A stretch of 64,000 nucleotides of DNA from Anthoceros angustus (Eukaryota > Plantae > Anthocerotophyta). The translations under genes and the position numbers were made by a program. The stretch spans positions 372,001-436,000 of the forward strand of contig MU008203.1 in NCBI GenBank assembly GCA_010909165.1, given 5' to 3'. The notes beneath the pieces were generated by a model. That model made no database searches and had not been told where the DNA came from. It saw only the letters and a program-made list of their open reading frames with translations. Positions 1 to 12,741 of the stretch are shown in pieces; the first letter of the stretch is position 1; every line of letters begins with the position of its first letter.

Positions 1-959
1 GGGGTCTTGTAATAACGCATCTGCAGTAACACGTGTCCCAGTTCAGTCTGGTGACTATAACAGACAACGCAAATGGACACAGGTCTGGCCGAACCTCACC
101 TGTCTGATCACATCCATGACGGCCTCGAGAGACAGGTACTCGTTGTTCTGAACGGAGTCCCACAGGTCCTGCACCAGGCAACAAGGAATGTATCATGGTC
201 TAGAATACAGTCGAGTCATGCTTGATCTGGTGGACGCAACCTACCACATGACTGACGAATTTGCGAGTCTCCGCATCAAAGGTCATGATCGAGACACCAG
301 TGAACACCAGCTTAGGTCTCCAAGGCAGCAGCTCGAAATTGAGGGTCATGGTCCACCGAGTTGTGATCTCATTGGGGCCTGTCTGCCAGCACCGGTACCT
401 CTGCAAAAGCTTAGCACCTGGGCGGAAGGAATGCAAGAGCGAGCCTGAGCCTCGCAATGAAGGCTTCCTGAACCCAAACCTGGCGGACTGTGTGAAGCTC
501 GAACAGGGGACGGAAGAGAACACGGAGCATGCCGATGTTGAACAGATACCAGTCCAGCGTCTCGTACCGGGTGAGTGGGTCCTTGAACACCACATTCTGA
601 GCGTACATGCTCTTGTCTATCCCCTGCTCATCGAACAAGTGCACCAGGTCCTTCTCCAGAAACGCCACCAGTTCCTGTGCCACATCCTGGGGAGCCTCTA
701 CATCCACATCCACCGCGTTCATCGGCCGAGGAGCTCCGCTGAATGCACGGCAGGTGAGTGACGCAGTGCTGCATTGCTCCAACACGGGAGACCTATTCGA
801 ATTAGAGGAGACCGCTGCATTCTTGCTTAGTCTGAGGAAAGGACGACGCGAGGCAGCTACAGCTCTGCCGCGCAAGTTCTGCACTGCAGCCTGCTGCGGA
901 AAGCCGTCAGGATTGCAAGACAGGAGAGATGGCACCCTGGAACTCGACAAGACAGCCAT
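1..959 (-). CDS. Plastid SOUL heme-binding protein with N-terminal DUF2358/SnoaL-like domain (HBP5-like); 3' part runs off the window
   Basis: GT-AG exons 959-480, 382-245, 168-100 and 20-1 splice in frame to LVAFLEKDLVHLFDEQGID...FKDPLTRY...RQ|TGPNEITTRWTM...FVSHV|DLWDSVQNNEYLSLEAVMDVIRQ|MRYYKTP. This matches the plant plastid SOUL family as recalled. The N-terminus is Ser/Ala-rich and transit-peptide-like. An alternative ATG lies at 1010. Confidence 0.88.
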
Positions 960-1996
960 GTTGCACTGCACTGCACCCACGTCTGCTTCTCGACTTAAGC
1001 ATTTTTCCATCCAAGAGTGTTTCGTTTTTATGCGGTGGAGAGAAACTTGCTATAACGATCAGTTCACGTAAGAGAGAGCCAAAACAGTTACATCGTCGGT
1101 GTTCCAGAGCAGATCTCACTAGAGAAAACACGGTCAGGGACAAGTCGTCAAGGGTTCTGCGAAACATTGCTGAAACAACAGAGTTCCTCCACAGCCAGGT
1201 TTCATGAGCAAAAGGCACCTTTTTCTCCATAAATTTCAAAGAGTCCCGAAATCGCTATTCGAAAAACAGAATAGCTGTCAATTGCTTGTGTGGACCACGA
1301 AAAATGCCTTCAGAATGAGAGGCAAGCGTGACAAGATCCTTAACAGTTGGCAGACACATGTAAAACAACGGCTCCCTGGCAAGCTCTTAAGCAGAATCTA
1401 AATTCCAGAAGACCCTCCTGATAATTGGGTGACTTGTATACTTGCCTTCCCTAACAATGAGGTCCCGCTAGGCTTCAGAACTGCAGGTGCGTGGACTGAA
1501 AGATCTCGACGCACACCCGCACCTTCTGAGGGGTAGATGCTGTAGAGCTCCCACACTCCTGGCAACTCCTCATACGGACCGACCTCTGCGATGCTGGGCT
1601 TTTCCCCCACTGTGCACCGAGGTCGTGAAACAAGTCCCTCGTTGTGTCACACAAAGCTCTTTCACGCGCTGATATGACCTCTTGTCCGGCTTGAAGATTG
1701 GAGAAGCATTAACTTGGTATCACCACATGCCTCGGAGAACAGCTTGCCCTACAAGAGGGTCTTCAAACGAGGAGCAGAATCCAAACACCCTTCCTGGAAG
1801 CCCGCTCGGAGGATTACTAAACTCGTACATCCGCGTTCTCTGATATCTACTACTCTTCGCATCGTAGGGTTGTAGCTCTGAACCATCCATGAGGTCCCCC
1901 TCCGATGCCGGGAGCTCCTCTTGGGAATCGCATCCCTCAATTACACAGTTCACCTCATTGGTCCACCCTAGGCAGCCTACATAAGCAGCTAGCTAG

Positions 1997-2521
1997 CTAG
2001 CTTCCCAGCTTGAATGCGTCCACAAACAGGCCAAACGAGAAACCTGCTTTCCAGTAGTTGAGCATTTTGAACAAGTTCTGCACTCTCTTCCCCATGGGCA
2101 TGGCTGGCTTCCGGTACAGCACGTACCCGATTCCCTCTATCACGGCAACCATGATTCCTGCAGCCAGCACATCCCAGTCCCCAGTCTGCCCTAGCACCGT
2201 CGCCAACGCGTTTGCGGAATAGAAACCCAAGAGCACAAGAAAGATCTTCACGGGCAGGTCCTTGCGAAAATCGTTGAGCTTCCCGAACAGCTGCCGCTGT
2301 CTTTCTCCAATAATTCTGCCCAGGCGAGTGGTGCCATTCATGCTCACATTCTCCTCCTGCCCATCGTTGCTTCCAGGGTTGTTGTTGAGCACGCAGATGA
2401 TTCTCCCCCAACCCACCCGCCTCCCGGCGACCCTGCTCACCTTCCAGGCTCCCTCGCTCAGGCTTCTATTCCTGGGCGGACCCAGCCACCCCGTGTGCCA
2501 CACGGCGAGCCCAGCTGCCAT
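1997..2521 (-). CDS. Ycf20-like (DUF565) chloroplast protein
   Basis: Single-exon 174 aa ORF with the Ycf20 signature LLGFYSANALATVLGQTGDWD...LNYWKAGFSFGLFVDAFKLGS. Confidence 0.9.
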   Translation of the reverse strand: MAAGLAVWHTGWLGPPRNRSLSEGAWKVSRVAGRRVGWGRIICVLNNNPGSNDGQEENVSMNGTTRLGRIIGERQRQLFGKLNDFRKDLPVKIFLVLLGFYSANALATVLGQTGDWDVLAAGIMVAVIEGIGYVLYRKPAMPMGKRVQNLFKMLNYWKAGFSFGLFVDAFKLGS

Positions 2522-2729
2522 CGCGCGCTGGATGGGCGCATGTAATGTCGCTGCACACGGGTGTCAGGTGACGAACCGAAGCGGGAGGTGGTTCGGCTCC
2601 GAGGCTGGGCCGAAGCTGGCGCACGTCCTGCCAGCGCAACTTCTCTGTTCTTCTCCTGTTCCGCTCTGCTGATCTCGCCTCCCCGGCGCGAGCCTGCGAG
2701 CGAAGGGAAGCGAAGCTTGGTGCGGCGGG

Positions 2730-3813
2730 ATGGGGAGGGACGACGGGGACAAGGGCTGGCTATGGCGCCTGCCGACAATCGAGACTCCGGAGTGGGGGAA
2801 GCTCGGCCCGGCGTTCGGTTACGGCATTGGGTGCGGAATTGGAGTCGGAGCTGGTGTCGTCGGTGGTGCGTGTCTCACAACATTTTTCTGCTTCATTTTC
2901 GTTTCATGCATCTTTCGGAGCTGCAGAATCCGGCATCCAGGCTTGCCCGCGTGTTCTTCTTGGTGTGCTGATTGATTCAGTTTGGATTTTGAACTGGCAG
3001 TCGGTTTTTTTACTACAGTAGGATCGTCTAGGTCTTTCTCTCTCCTTTCTTGTCCGAATTCCTGCTAGAATGCTTGTGGTTTCCTGTCTCGGTAGCAGAG
3101 GATTGTATTAGGAGCTAAGACTCCAGCCATTGGCAGTTACTTCTTGGTGTGCCTGCTGTAATGGATTGATTCAGTTTGGATTTTGAACTGGCAGTCCGTT
3201 TTTCTACACTGAGGATCATCTAGGTCTTCCATTCTCCTTTCTTGTCCGAATTCCTGCTGCAATACTAGTGGTTTCCTGTTTCGGTAGTAGAGGAGTGCGA
3301 TTAGGAGCTAAGACTCCAGCCAGTGGCAGTTACTTGCTAAGCCTGTTTAGTGAAAGAGGTTGAGAGTGGAGCAAAGTAGGCCATACTCCATCAAAACAGC
3401 AATTGGTATCAATCCATGTGTGTCTGTGTTGCAGGAGCCGGCTTGGGGTTCGGATTCCCCGGGTTGCAGTTTGGAGTTGGAGTTGGCGCGGGTTGCGGCC
3501 TAGGCGTGGGGTTTGGTTATGGTTTGGGAAGGGGGAGAGCTTATGATGAAACTTCTCGCTACAGCAATATCGGAAAGCCCGGCCCCAGGCGGCAGAATCA
3601 TTCCGCCACAAGCGGGTGAGAGATTCTTTTTGTCGGTTGCTTGATTAAAAGCTCTGAATCTTGATCAAGACTTTCTTAGCGTGCGGCATCTCACATCGAT
3701 CCTCGTTCTACTGCAGGGCGGAGCTGGGAGCAATGTTTGATGACTTGATAGCTGGAATCAGGTCAGCTTTCGAGGGTGCTGCAGACGATGGAGATAAAAG
3801 GCGGAGAAGATAG
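2730..3813 (+). CDS. Conserved plant glycine-rich protein (GxGxG repeats)
   Basis: Exons 2730-2865, 3435-3615 and 3717-3813 with GT-AG sites join in frame: GKLGPAFGYGIGCGIGVG..G|AGLGFGFPGLQFGVGVGAGCGLGVGFGYGLGRG..YSNIGK..|AELGAMFDDLI...RRRR*. Confidence 0.8.
2970..3335. repeat. About 195 bp tandem duplication in intron 1 of the glycine-rich gene
   Basis: GATTGATTCAGTTTGGATTTTGAACTGGCAGTC...TTAGGAGCTAAGACTCCAGCCA.TGGCAGTTACTT occurs from 2970 and again from 3165. Confidence 0.9.
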
Positions 3814-3965
3814 TGCTTAGTTTTGCGTTTCATAAACGCATCCATGTGAAAGAAAGCTCAGGGGAGATCCGGAGTACCTATAGAACTGAATTCTTCATGT
3901 ATACTAATGATTGTGACTTTTACTCAAAGAGGGAGTACAGACTGGGACCACCTCGATTCGGATTT

Positions 3966-5534
3966 CTATGCCGGATAGGCATGAGGGAGGAGGAGGAGGG
4001 CGTTGTAGAAGAGCTCCAGGGTGACATCCAGGGGACCCGGCAAGCAGTAATGCAGGCAGTCCTTTGGTGGGCTGGCGTGAGCTTCCGGCCGCAGATTCAC
4101 GGGGATGGCCACATCCAGGAAGATGTAGCCCATGGCGTCCGTCATCTCATGGGCCAGCTCGTTCTGCTGCTCATACTCTCCCCAGTGGTGTGGAAGCTTC
4201 TCCATGGACGCCGGGGTCGTCAAAGGAACCCCGGTTTCCACGCTGCAATTCAGGTGGCCTGCCAAGCTGCGAAGTGAGTCCCAGTCTTAGGCAGCAGGGA
4301 TGGCGTACTTCGGCCAGGCTTACCTCGTGGTGTGCTGCGGTAAAACACTTGCACGCTGGGATAGCGAGCCTGCAAGACATGGTACGTGTTGCGCAGAGTC
4401 TCGGTGTAGTTCCCGTCGCCCTCGAAATGCGCGCCTCTGTTGAGCAAGAGCAGCGAGACGTTCCACTGGTGCATCAGGTGGATCCACGGGAACTCCGTGA
4501 ATCCTGACTTCTCTCGCAGCCATTTGAGGTGGACTGTGTTGAGAGAAAGTCGGTCATTCCTCACAAAGCCCGCGTAGAAGCCTCCGTCTACGACGTCCGC
4601 GCACAAACGGTATCTGGTTTGCACCGTTCTGTCGTTCCGGAGAGGGACCTGGACGCCTGTGGTGTTAGGTTCAGCGTAGTCCATTAGCATGTAGTACACT
4701 TCCTGGCTGATGGAGTCCCCGACAATTAAAATGTTCCTGCTGCCAACTCTCCTGACCAGTTCAAGTGCAGAACAGCAGTAACCAGTTCAATCTTCCATCA
4801 CGATTCTGGTTTCCCTCGCGTGAGACCTGCAGCAGTTCAAGAGTTGAGCAATTGATACCAACCTGCAGAAATCATGCCTATTGAAAGGCATCAACGGACA
4901 GGTTTCATCCGTCTTCCACTGCCACTTCAGGTCCTCCCTCACCTGACAAAGCATGGCCTCCCGGGGCCAGATGAGATCGGGTTCTTCAAAATTCAAGGAT
5001 ACAAAGTTGTAAGATGTTTGATACATAGCTGAGATGGGAGCTGCTTGTGGAAAAACCTTCCAGTTGCCTCCTTCTGCAGCAATTTCATTTGCCTTCATTC
5101 CGGAAACAGCTCCTGGGGTAGAATTGTGCCATCTCTTGTCGCACCATTCATAAACCTCTGCCCCCCACACCTTGGGAGGGATGTACCTGGGTGTGTTGTT
5201 GTAAACCCATCTTCCTGTACGTCTGGATATATGTACAAACCACATTGAGTCATCCCTCAACCACGATTCATGTGTCTCCTAGAAGAAGAAGGACTTTGTG
5301 GACAGGATGTTACCCGAAGCACTCGAGATGTTTCCTGAACTCCTCTGCAGCCTTCGCAGGCAAAAAAGTGCCCCGGCCTTGATGCGAGTTTCTGACTCCA
5401 ATGCTCAGAGTCATGCGCTCCGCAGCCAGTTCGATCTCCAATATCTGAATCACTTGTATGATTGAAATTAGAATTGCAGCCGTGATTAGAGCCAGAGCGA
5501 GCTTCCGAAACGCACTCATGTTAGCAACCAACAT
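3966..5534 (-). CDS. Trichome birefringence-like / PC-esterase (GDS...DxxH) polysaccharide O-acetyltransferase
   Basis: Exons 5534(or 5519)-5314, 5222-4863, 4751-4324 and 4258-3966 splice in frame. The product has an N-terminal signal anchor (LALALITAAILISII), ECFGRTGRWV, NILIVGDS, YRSTPRGH and DCLHYCLPG. Confidence 0.85.
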
Positions 5535-6687
5535 CTTGCCGTCCCCCTGCCCCAGCGTCGCGCAGCATGACACTGATGTATAAGGAGCGAGGGAGACAGA
5601 GCCAGAAAGCCGTTGGCTTGCATTCCATGCGACGCCTCTTCCATTGTTTTTACCTTTCTCTTGAAACAGAATCTTGTAGTACAATAGGCTTCTTTCTGCT
5701 CAAAGCTGCAGGGCTGTGGGAACCGTGGGGCCGAGGGCGATTCACATCCCTTGGCATCGCAGAACCGATAATCAATGGGGCGTACTCACACGCAGATTTC
5801 CAGAACAGACTAATCGATTAGATTAGCCAACTGCACCTCTTGCAATGCAAGCCAAGGACAACAGTATCCCCTGGCTCCGCCTGTGGATTGGACCGACAAC
5901 CATGACCGAGCCAGTAATGCATTGGCAATTGCTGGTGTGGGAGTTGGAACTGGTCTTCTGAATTTGTACAGTAATACGTCTTGCATATGTCACTGTACCA
6001 GCTCCAATGCTGTTGTGAAAGTGATCAGCTCCGGTTTTGTACAACACGCTGTGCAACTACCTGTTGCAACTGCCGTTGTTGAAGTCGTCAGCTCACTTGT
6101 CCAGTACGCTTTTGCCTGCCGGCCTTCCAGGAATTGGTTGTATCACCAGCTCACCAAGCCCTAACCACCCTCGGCCAAAACCAGAATCCTTTGTGACTAC
6201 TCTAATGCCGATGTGGCAGAATGCTGGATCCCGCCCCGTTGATGCATCACGCTCACAAACTCGCAGATGAAGGGGGCGGTGATTAAAGCAATTGCAATTC
6301 CAAGGCAACTCTCCCTCGGAATTGCCCAGCCCGAAGCTTGCCCCGAGAATGATGCGGAAGGTTCTTTGATCAGACCTAGGGGGAACAGGCTCCCTGTTTG
6401 AGGCCCGAAGAGTCGATCCATCACAGATGCATCGCACCTCAATCATACATTGTGTTTTGGAATGCATCATGCATTCTTGCTAACCACGGTAGCGAGGAAC
6501 AAGGGGCCCAGTTAGAGTCCGGTTGACGTGTGGTTATCGGATTCCGTGGACATGGAAAGGATAGGCCTACATGCACAGAGGCTGTCACAGGCTGCGGCCA
6601 CAGCCGTGGGCTCTTGTTGTTTGAATCTGGTGCAGCTGCATATTCTGTGGGCACTGGTTGATGTAGTGTAGGATCAGGCACGCGGGG

Positions 6688-8900
6688 ATGGCAATGTTTG
6701 CGGCGTCCATCCAGCCGCCGTTTTGTGTGAGCGGGAGGCAGCGCCTGGTGTCCTCCCCGCCGGCCTGCTGCGGGGCGTTTTCATTTGCATCCGCGCCTTG
6801 TGCGGGAGGCAGCAATGCGGCGGGCCTGGACTGGAGGGCGGAGCTGGGCTGGTTGCAATCCGGTAGGGCGGTAGGAGCAGATGCAGCGGGGAGCCATGGC
6901 AGGGGAATGGTGCAGGTCTGGGCCACGGCGGCCAACACGGAGGCCGGGGTGGCGGTGCAGGAGGAGAAGGCAGCTGAGGTGATTCTGGCAGCAGGGGGGC
7001 TGGGAGACGGGGCTGCCAAGGCGCACGAGGATGCGGAGCCGGTGGAGAAGAAAGATGGGGTTGCAGGTGCAGCGGAAGAGGTCCCGGGGGCTAAGGAGGC
7101 TAAGGAGACTAAGGAGGCCAAGGTGAAGAGTCCGGAGAAGCCGGCCAAGGTGAAGCGGGTATGGTATCTCACTCTGGACGGAAGAGTGGAATGGTGGTGG
7201 TGGTTTTGGATGTGTTGTGGCTGCTCACTCTTGCACAACAGAGAGCTGCAGATTGGAAGAAAGCAGTTGAGTTTGTGAAGACTGGAGCAATCCATGATGG
7301 GAAAGTGGAGGGCTCCAACACCGGAGGACTCCTGGTGCGGTACCTTTCGCTCCTGGGGTTCCTTCCGCTGTCGCAGCTGGATTGGAGCCGGGTGCCTGAA
7401 GGTGAATTTCTGTCCTGCAAGTGGTGTGGTCGTGCTTTGTGCGAGTAGGAATGAGTTTAGGGAGCAAAGCCGTGTGGTCGGTTGCTGTGAAGAGACTTTT
7501 GCTTAGCTCATTCTTCTTCTGATGTGCAGACGGAAGTAAGACCATAGTGGATGTCGCGAAGGGCCTGGTCGGGGAGACTGTGAAAGTGAAGGTACTGCTC
7601 AGCTTCCTATGTAAGCCTGGCATGTGGTTTTCGTTGCATGTCTGTTGACAATGAAGGAGTACAGTGGCTTTTGCTTTTTGGTATGCGAGCAGGCCATCAC
7701 GCCGTATTCTGAAAGAACCAGGAGTTGAATACATCTGCAGATCATAGAGGCCAACGACGAGACCAAAAGGTTGATTTTCTCCGAGAAGCAGGCAATCGTT
7801 TGGCAGAATCTGAGAGACATCAACGTGGGTGATTTTTTTGAAGGTGTGGTGAATTCAGTCACCGACTACGGTGCCTTTGTGAACCTCAAATTCCCTGATG
7901 GTGATTCCGACGCTAAGACTCTCTCTCATTCATGAACTGATTTTGGTCCCTGGGAGCTATGCTTTGAAATATGGATTCCCCACTATAGGCTCACCGGTGG
8001 AGAGTTTGTTTGCAGGCTCATATAAAGTCAGTGGCCTCGTACACATATCGGAGTTGTCCTGGAACATGGTGAAGGACCCCAAAACTGTCGTCCAAGTTGG
8101 ACAGGAAGTGAAGGTGAAAGTGGTCACCGTTGACAGGTGAGTGAGTGTCTGGCTATGAAGAGCAGGTCCTCCAGAGTACACCGCTCCTGCCAGCTGATGC
8201 CTAAGGCTTTGCACCTGTAGGGAAAAGGGAAGGCTGGCACTGTCACTGAAACAGCTGGAAGCTGATCCACTGTTTGAGACGTTGGATACTCTAATGCCGG
8301 TGGAAGCACCAGGAGACACGCCCTCGCCCTCGTGCGAAGACAGTCCTTCCGACGTCCCTGACACTCCACTGGCTGGTCTGGAGGTGATCTGCGAAGAGCT
8401 CCTGAAAGAGGAAGGGTAAGCAGCCAACAAGAATCCCGTCCCCTTCCTGCTTGTCCCTGTTCTTCTTCAAGTCACCCTCCTCTCTCTTGTGCAGCGTAAC
8501 CGCAGTCACCCTCGGTAGACAAGCGAGCGAGAAGCGCGTGGTATCACAAGACCTGGAGCTGTGGGTTTCTAATGTAAGTCCGGGTTCTCCTGCCTATGAA
8601 CAGTCCCTGATTCGTCACCCAGGCTGCCCTCGTCCCTCCTAGGAACTCACGTAAGCTAGCTGTTGACCTGGGCAGGAACGGGTGGAAGATGGCTCGTTTA
8701 CCCTCCTGGCCCGAGCTGGCCGCCAGGTACAGCACCCAACCCGACACATGAAACACATGGGACCAGCCCTCGAGCTGCCCCTCCTTTTCTAACGTCATCT
8801 CTCCCTCCTCCCGCAGGTCCAAGAAGTACATGTAACCACGACCCTGGACAAGGAGGGCATCAAAGCTGCGGTGCAAAGAGTAACAGGAAGAGTTGAATAG
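6688..8900 (+). CDS. Chloroplast S1-domain RNA-binding protein (SRRP1-like)
   Basis: Multi-exon gene with a transit-peptide-like N-terminus and S1 repeats (GKVEGSNTGGLLVRYLSLLGFLP; FEGVVNSVTDYGAFV; SGLVHISELSW). The C-terminus is EKRVVSQDLELWVSN...LLARAGRQ|VQEVHVTTTLDKEGIKAAVQRV, with TAG at 8898-8900. Confidence 0.85.
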
Positions 8901-9314
8901 AGACTTTGTTAGACTAGGCGCAAGACCAAGGCCCTCTGTGCAACCCAGCAATACAGCGTCCCTGCATTGGGGTACGAATTTTGTCTCGAAACACTCCCAT
9001 GTCGGCCACAGAAACCCGCTTTTACAGAGTGTATTAGAGACCACGCCCGTCGAGGTTCCCGAGACGGACCAGGCTGAGTCCGCCCGTCCTTGACACTTCC
9101 GGATAACCCCGGATCTAAAGAAAGACCCAAACACGACATGAATAAAGAGGAAAAACGACATGGAAGAAGCTTTGGAACCTCCAATGCATGTGAGATTCTG
9201 AGCTCCGCTCCGTCGGATTCCGAGTGCAGCTCCTACCGATTTGAATCGCTGGGCACCATCCGCAGCAAAATCAAACCCTTTTGGAGTGGTGGAAGATTTG
9301 AAATCTGAGATTTG

Positions 9315-10421
9315 ATGGTGATGATCGGAGTGGTCTGGGAGGCGTCAATGTGGAGGTGGGTGAGGCGCAGAATTGCGAGACTGTGCCGGGGCGAAAGCGG
9401 GAGGAAGGCGGGGCGGGGGCTGCGGCGGCGGCGGGTCTTCACCCTGATCGAGCTGAGCGACGCGACCAAGGGCTTCAGCAGGAAGCAGAAGCTGGGGGAA
9501 GGCGGGTTCGGGTGCGTGTTCCGGGGCGTGCTGGCGGACGGGACTCCCGTGGCCGTGAAGAGATGCTCGCGGAGGGAGATGGAGGGGAAGGAGAAGGAGA
9601 AGAAGGGGCAGGCGCAGAAGGAGTTCCTGGCGGAGGTGGCTTTGATCGCGCAGCTGCGGCACCAGAACCTGGTCCCGCTCCGGGGCTGGTGCCGGGAGAA
9701 CTCGGAGCTCCTGCTGGTGTACGACTTCATGCCCAACGGGTCCCTGGACCGGCTGCTGGCGGACGCCGTGCTGCCCTGGCCGCAGCGCTGCCTGCTGGTG
9801 CTGGACATCGCCGCGGCGTTGCACTTCCTGCACTTCCTGTGCCGCCGCCGCATCGTGCACCGGGACGTGAAGAGCAGCAACGTGCTGATCGACGGCGGGA
9901 TGCGCGCGCGGCTCGGGGACTTCGGCATGGCCATGCCCATGGAGCACGACTGCACCAGCGTGGCCGGCACCACGGGCTACCTGGCGCCCGAGGCCGTGTA
10001 CTGCCTCAAGGCCACGGACAAGATGGACGTGTTCAGCTTCGGGGTCCTGGTGCTGGAGATCCTGACGGGGCGGGGGCCCGTGGACATGGCGCGGCCGCCG
10101 GAGGAGGCCATTCTCATCGACTGGGTCTGGGAACTGCATAAGGCCGGGAGGTTGCTGGACGCCGCCGATCCCAGGCTGGGCGGGAAGTACAAGGCAGAGG
10201 AGATGTCGCGCCTGCTGCAGCTCGGGCTCGTCTGCTCCCACCCCGACCCCGCCGTCCGCCCCGGGATGGATACCGTCATGGACGTGGTGAATCTGGAGGC
10301 CGCCGTGCCGCCCTTACCCGACTCCCGCCCCCTGCCCTTCTTCACTGTCATGCCCAACAGCCGCGCCGGGGATTCCTGCTCTCCTTCCCCCTCGCCGCCT
10401 CGGATTCGGCCTCGGAGATGA
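9315..10421 (+). CDS. L-type lectin receptor kinase-like Ser/Thr kinase domain without ectodomain
   Basis: Intronless GC-rich ORF with FTLIELSDATKGF, LGEGGFG, VAVK, LRHQNLVPLRGWC, HRDVKSSNVL, DFG, GTTGYLAPE and LGLVCSHPDP..RP, a LecRK-type kinase signature. Confidence 0.88.
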   Translation: MVMIGVVWEASMWRWVRRRIARLCRGESGRKAGRGLRRRRVFTLIELSDATKGFSRKQKLGEGGFGCVFRGVLADGTPVAVKRCSRREMEGKEKEKKGQAQKEFLAEVALIAQLRHQNLVPLRGWCRENSELLLVYDFMPNGSLDRLLADAVLPWPQRCLLVLDIAAALHFLHFLCRRRIVHRDVKSSNVLIDGGMRARLGDFGMAMPMEHDCTSVAGTTGYLAPEAVYCLKATDKMDVFSFGVLVLEILTGRGPVDMARPPEEAILIDWVWELHKAGRLLDAADPRLGGKYKAEEMSRLLQLGLVCSHPDPAVRPGMDTVMDVVNLEAAVPPLPDSRPLPFFTVMPNSRAGDSCSPSPSPPRIRPRR

Positions 10422-11017
10422 GACAGACCATTACTGCCATTGTGTTTCATCACTCTTGTACCATACTATTCTGCGTGAGCTTGCGTCTTTGCTTGAACTA
10501 GAAAATCGAGCTGCTTCCATTAAGTGTTGAGACCCAGTTGAAGTCTTAGAGGGCCCAATTCTTTGCACGACGTATGTTCATCGATATTGTAGATGTATGG
10601 AGTTCGATAGATTTTCATAGGCTGGATGGGAAATCTAAGTGTCGGAGCCCACTTCTTTGTATGAAGTATGTACATAGATCATGTTTCTTAAGCAGGAGCA
10701 GCCACGTTTGTCATACACTGTGAACTCTGGAAAAATCAACTAGGTTGAACTACATTATCAAATCGTTGGGCTGGCGTTAAGCCACAGAACTCTCACGCTA
10801 GTGTACATCACATTTGCAATTTGCTCTACCGCAGACTCAGCGCGCCAGATGTTGCCAGCGTCTGGGTCCTCCAATTGCACATGTGGGGACATCCTGTAGT
10901 TCTCTCTGAGGTTATGCCGTACCAAGGGTGACAGCTGTACATACAGGAGGTTGCATTGAATGTGTCTCCGCTGGACCGACTGTGAGAGACACTCCCTTGG
11001 GAAGCTTGCCTACAGTT

Positions 11018-12741
11018 TCACACATCGGTGGAGTCTGAGGGGGATTTTAGTTCTGCTGTTGCTTCATTCTCCGCAGTCGCAGATCTAGACTCTGCTTTTT
11101 CATTGGAAATCCTGCAACAGAAAGGAACCAGTACAAGCCTTAGTGATCATGCATTGGATGTGGTCTACTCCTTCCTCGTGCGGGCTACGGATGTGGATGG
11201 GTTGCGAGCTCTTACATTGACAGGATTGTGACCCAGACGATCTCCACGCAGTCGACCCACAACAGACGTTGTTCTAGTGGGACGACTCCATATGTCAAGA
11301 GATGGGCAAAAGGCCAAAGCTTCCAACCAGCCTGCAGGCGATGGGAAAAGGTTTTTTAATGTCAGTTCCCACAGCTAGGATCCTGCCATCGAGTACTGCA
11401 ACATTTGAAACGGAGCATGGAGGAACGAGAGCTACCGTCAGCATGGGGAAGAAGGTTGCTTTCAAGTCCTTGAAGATGGTCACGGGATTTTCTAGCCTCA
11501 ACACACCGAGCAACGTGAAGTAGAGACTGTTCCAGAAGGCAGACCAGATTGTCTGGTCGAAGGCAACCTTGAGTGGCACCACCCACCAGTCTTGGAAGGG
11601 GAATAATGCCTGGAAGCCATGAATCCAACTGTTAGAAACCGAGGCAGATACTGTCAACCGAATAGATGCGTAGGCTGCGCAGATGAATTCACCTCGCAGA
11701 AATGGTAGTAGAAATGGGACAAGGACCCATGGAAACTGAACCCGACCAAGCCCGATCTCAATATCCGCATGCGATCGAATTCCAACAGCGCTCTCCCCTC
11801 GTTGCACTGCATTCACACCGCAACTGATCAGTTTCACCACTCAACTAAATCCTCCTTCTTTCCAGCTCACCCACGAGTACCTGGCATCGTACAAGCAACC
11901 TAACACAAAGCTCTCCTTTCACCTACCTGTGCAATCCAGTCACCAATGGTATACACCACGCCACTGATCATCATCTTAGCAAGCACCGGATTGTTCTTCA
12001 AAGCCTCCTCATAAGCCTCCCAGTTATGCTCAGGAGCGTACCGCAGAATCTCATAAACCGTCCAACCCTGCCACACAAACCAACCAAACCAGCCCAGCTC
12101 AGCCACCGCACCAACGAACCCGCATTCCCCCAACCCCGCTACCTCGACACACTTACTTGCCAGTAGTCGTGGTCCACAGTCAAAAACTTGCTCACAGCAA
12201 ACGCAACCGCGGACGATGCCAGACACGCATTAACAGCTCGGTCGATGAACCTGTTCTCATCCTCCTCCGACTTCGCGAACCATACCAGCTTAGGTTGAAA
12301 CAACCCCCCAGACCCCGCTGCAGCCATCACCTGCGCGTCCGCCCCGCTCCCTAAACTAATAGCCACCGCAACCGGCTCCCCAGAATCCACCTCGCACTCC
12401 CCGCTCCCGAGGCACTGGACCGGCTCATCCTCACCCGCGAAAAAATCACTCTCCCCCGCCACAATCTTCAGCCTCGTCACAGTCTTCCCCGCCAAGTCCA
12501 CCTTGCTGATGACACCATCCTTCCCCACAACCTCACACCTCACATTCCCACTCTCCCTCGTGCTCCGCCGAGGCTCCCTCCACCTCAACGCAGCCGAGGA
12601 GTACCTCGAAACGCACGCAGCAGGGAAGGCGGAAGCAGCACGACGACCAGCAGTCCCCGCTGATCCGGAAGACGAACACTGCCCACTGGACAGCACTCTC
12701 TGCCAGGACCCGCCCAGGCTCTTCACACTCGACGTCGTCAT
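11018..12741 (-). CDS. Mpv17/PMP22 family membrane protein, probably plastid-targeted
   Basis: Six GT-AG exons: VDHDYWQ|GWTVYEILRYAPEHNW..NPVLAKMMISGVVYTIGDWIAQ|..RSGLVGFSFHGSLSH..|..KVAFDQTIWSAFWNS..|AGWKLWPFAHLLTYGVVPLEQRLLWVDCVE..|SNEK. TGA lies at 11018-11020. Confidence 0.9.

Noticed and set aside
9233-10453. Long overlapping and antisense ORFs over the kinase
   Set aside because: These are shadows of high-GC codon usage with no recognisable motifs.
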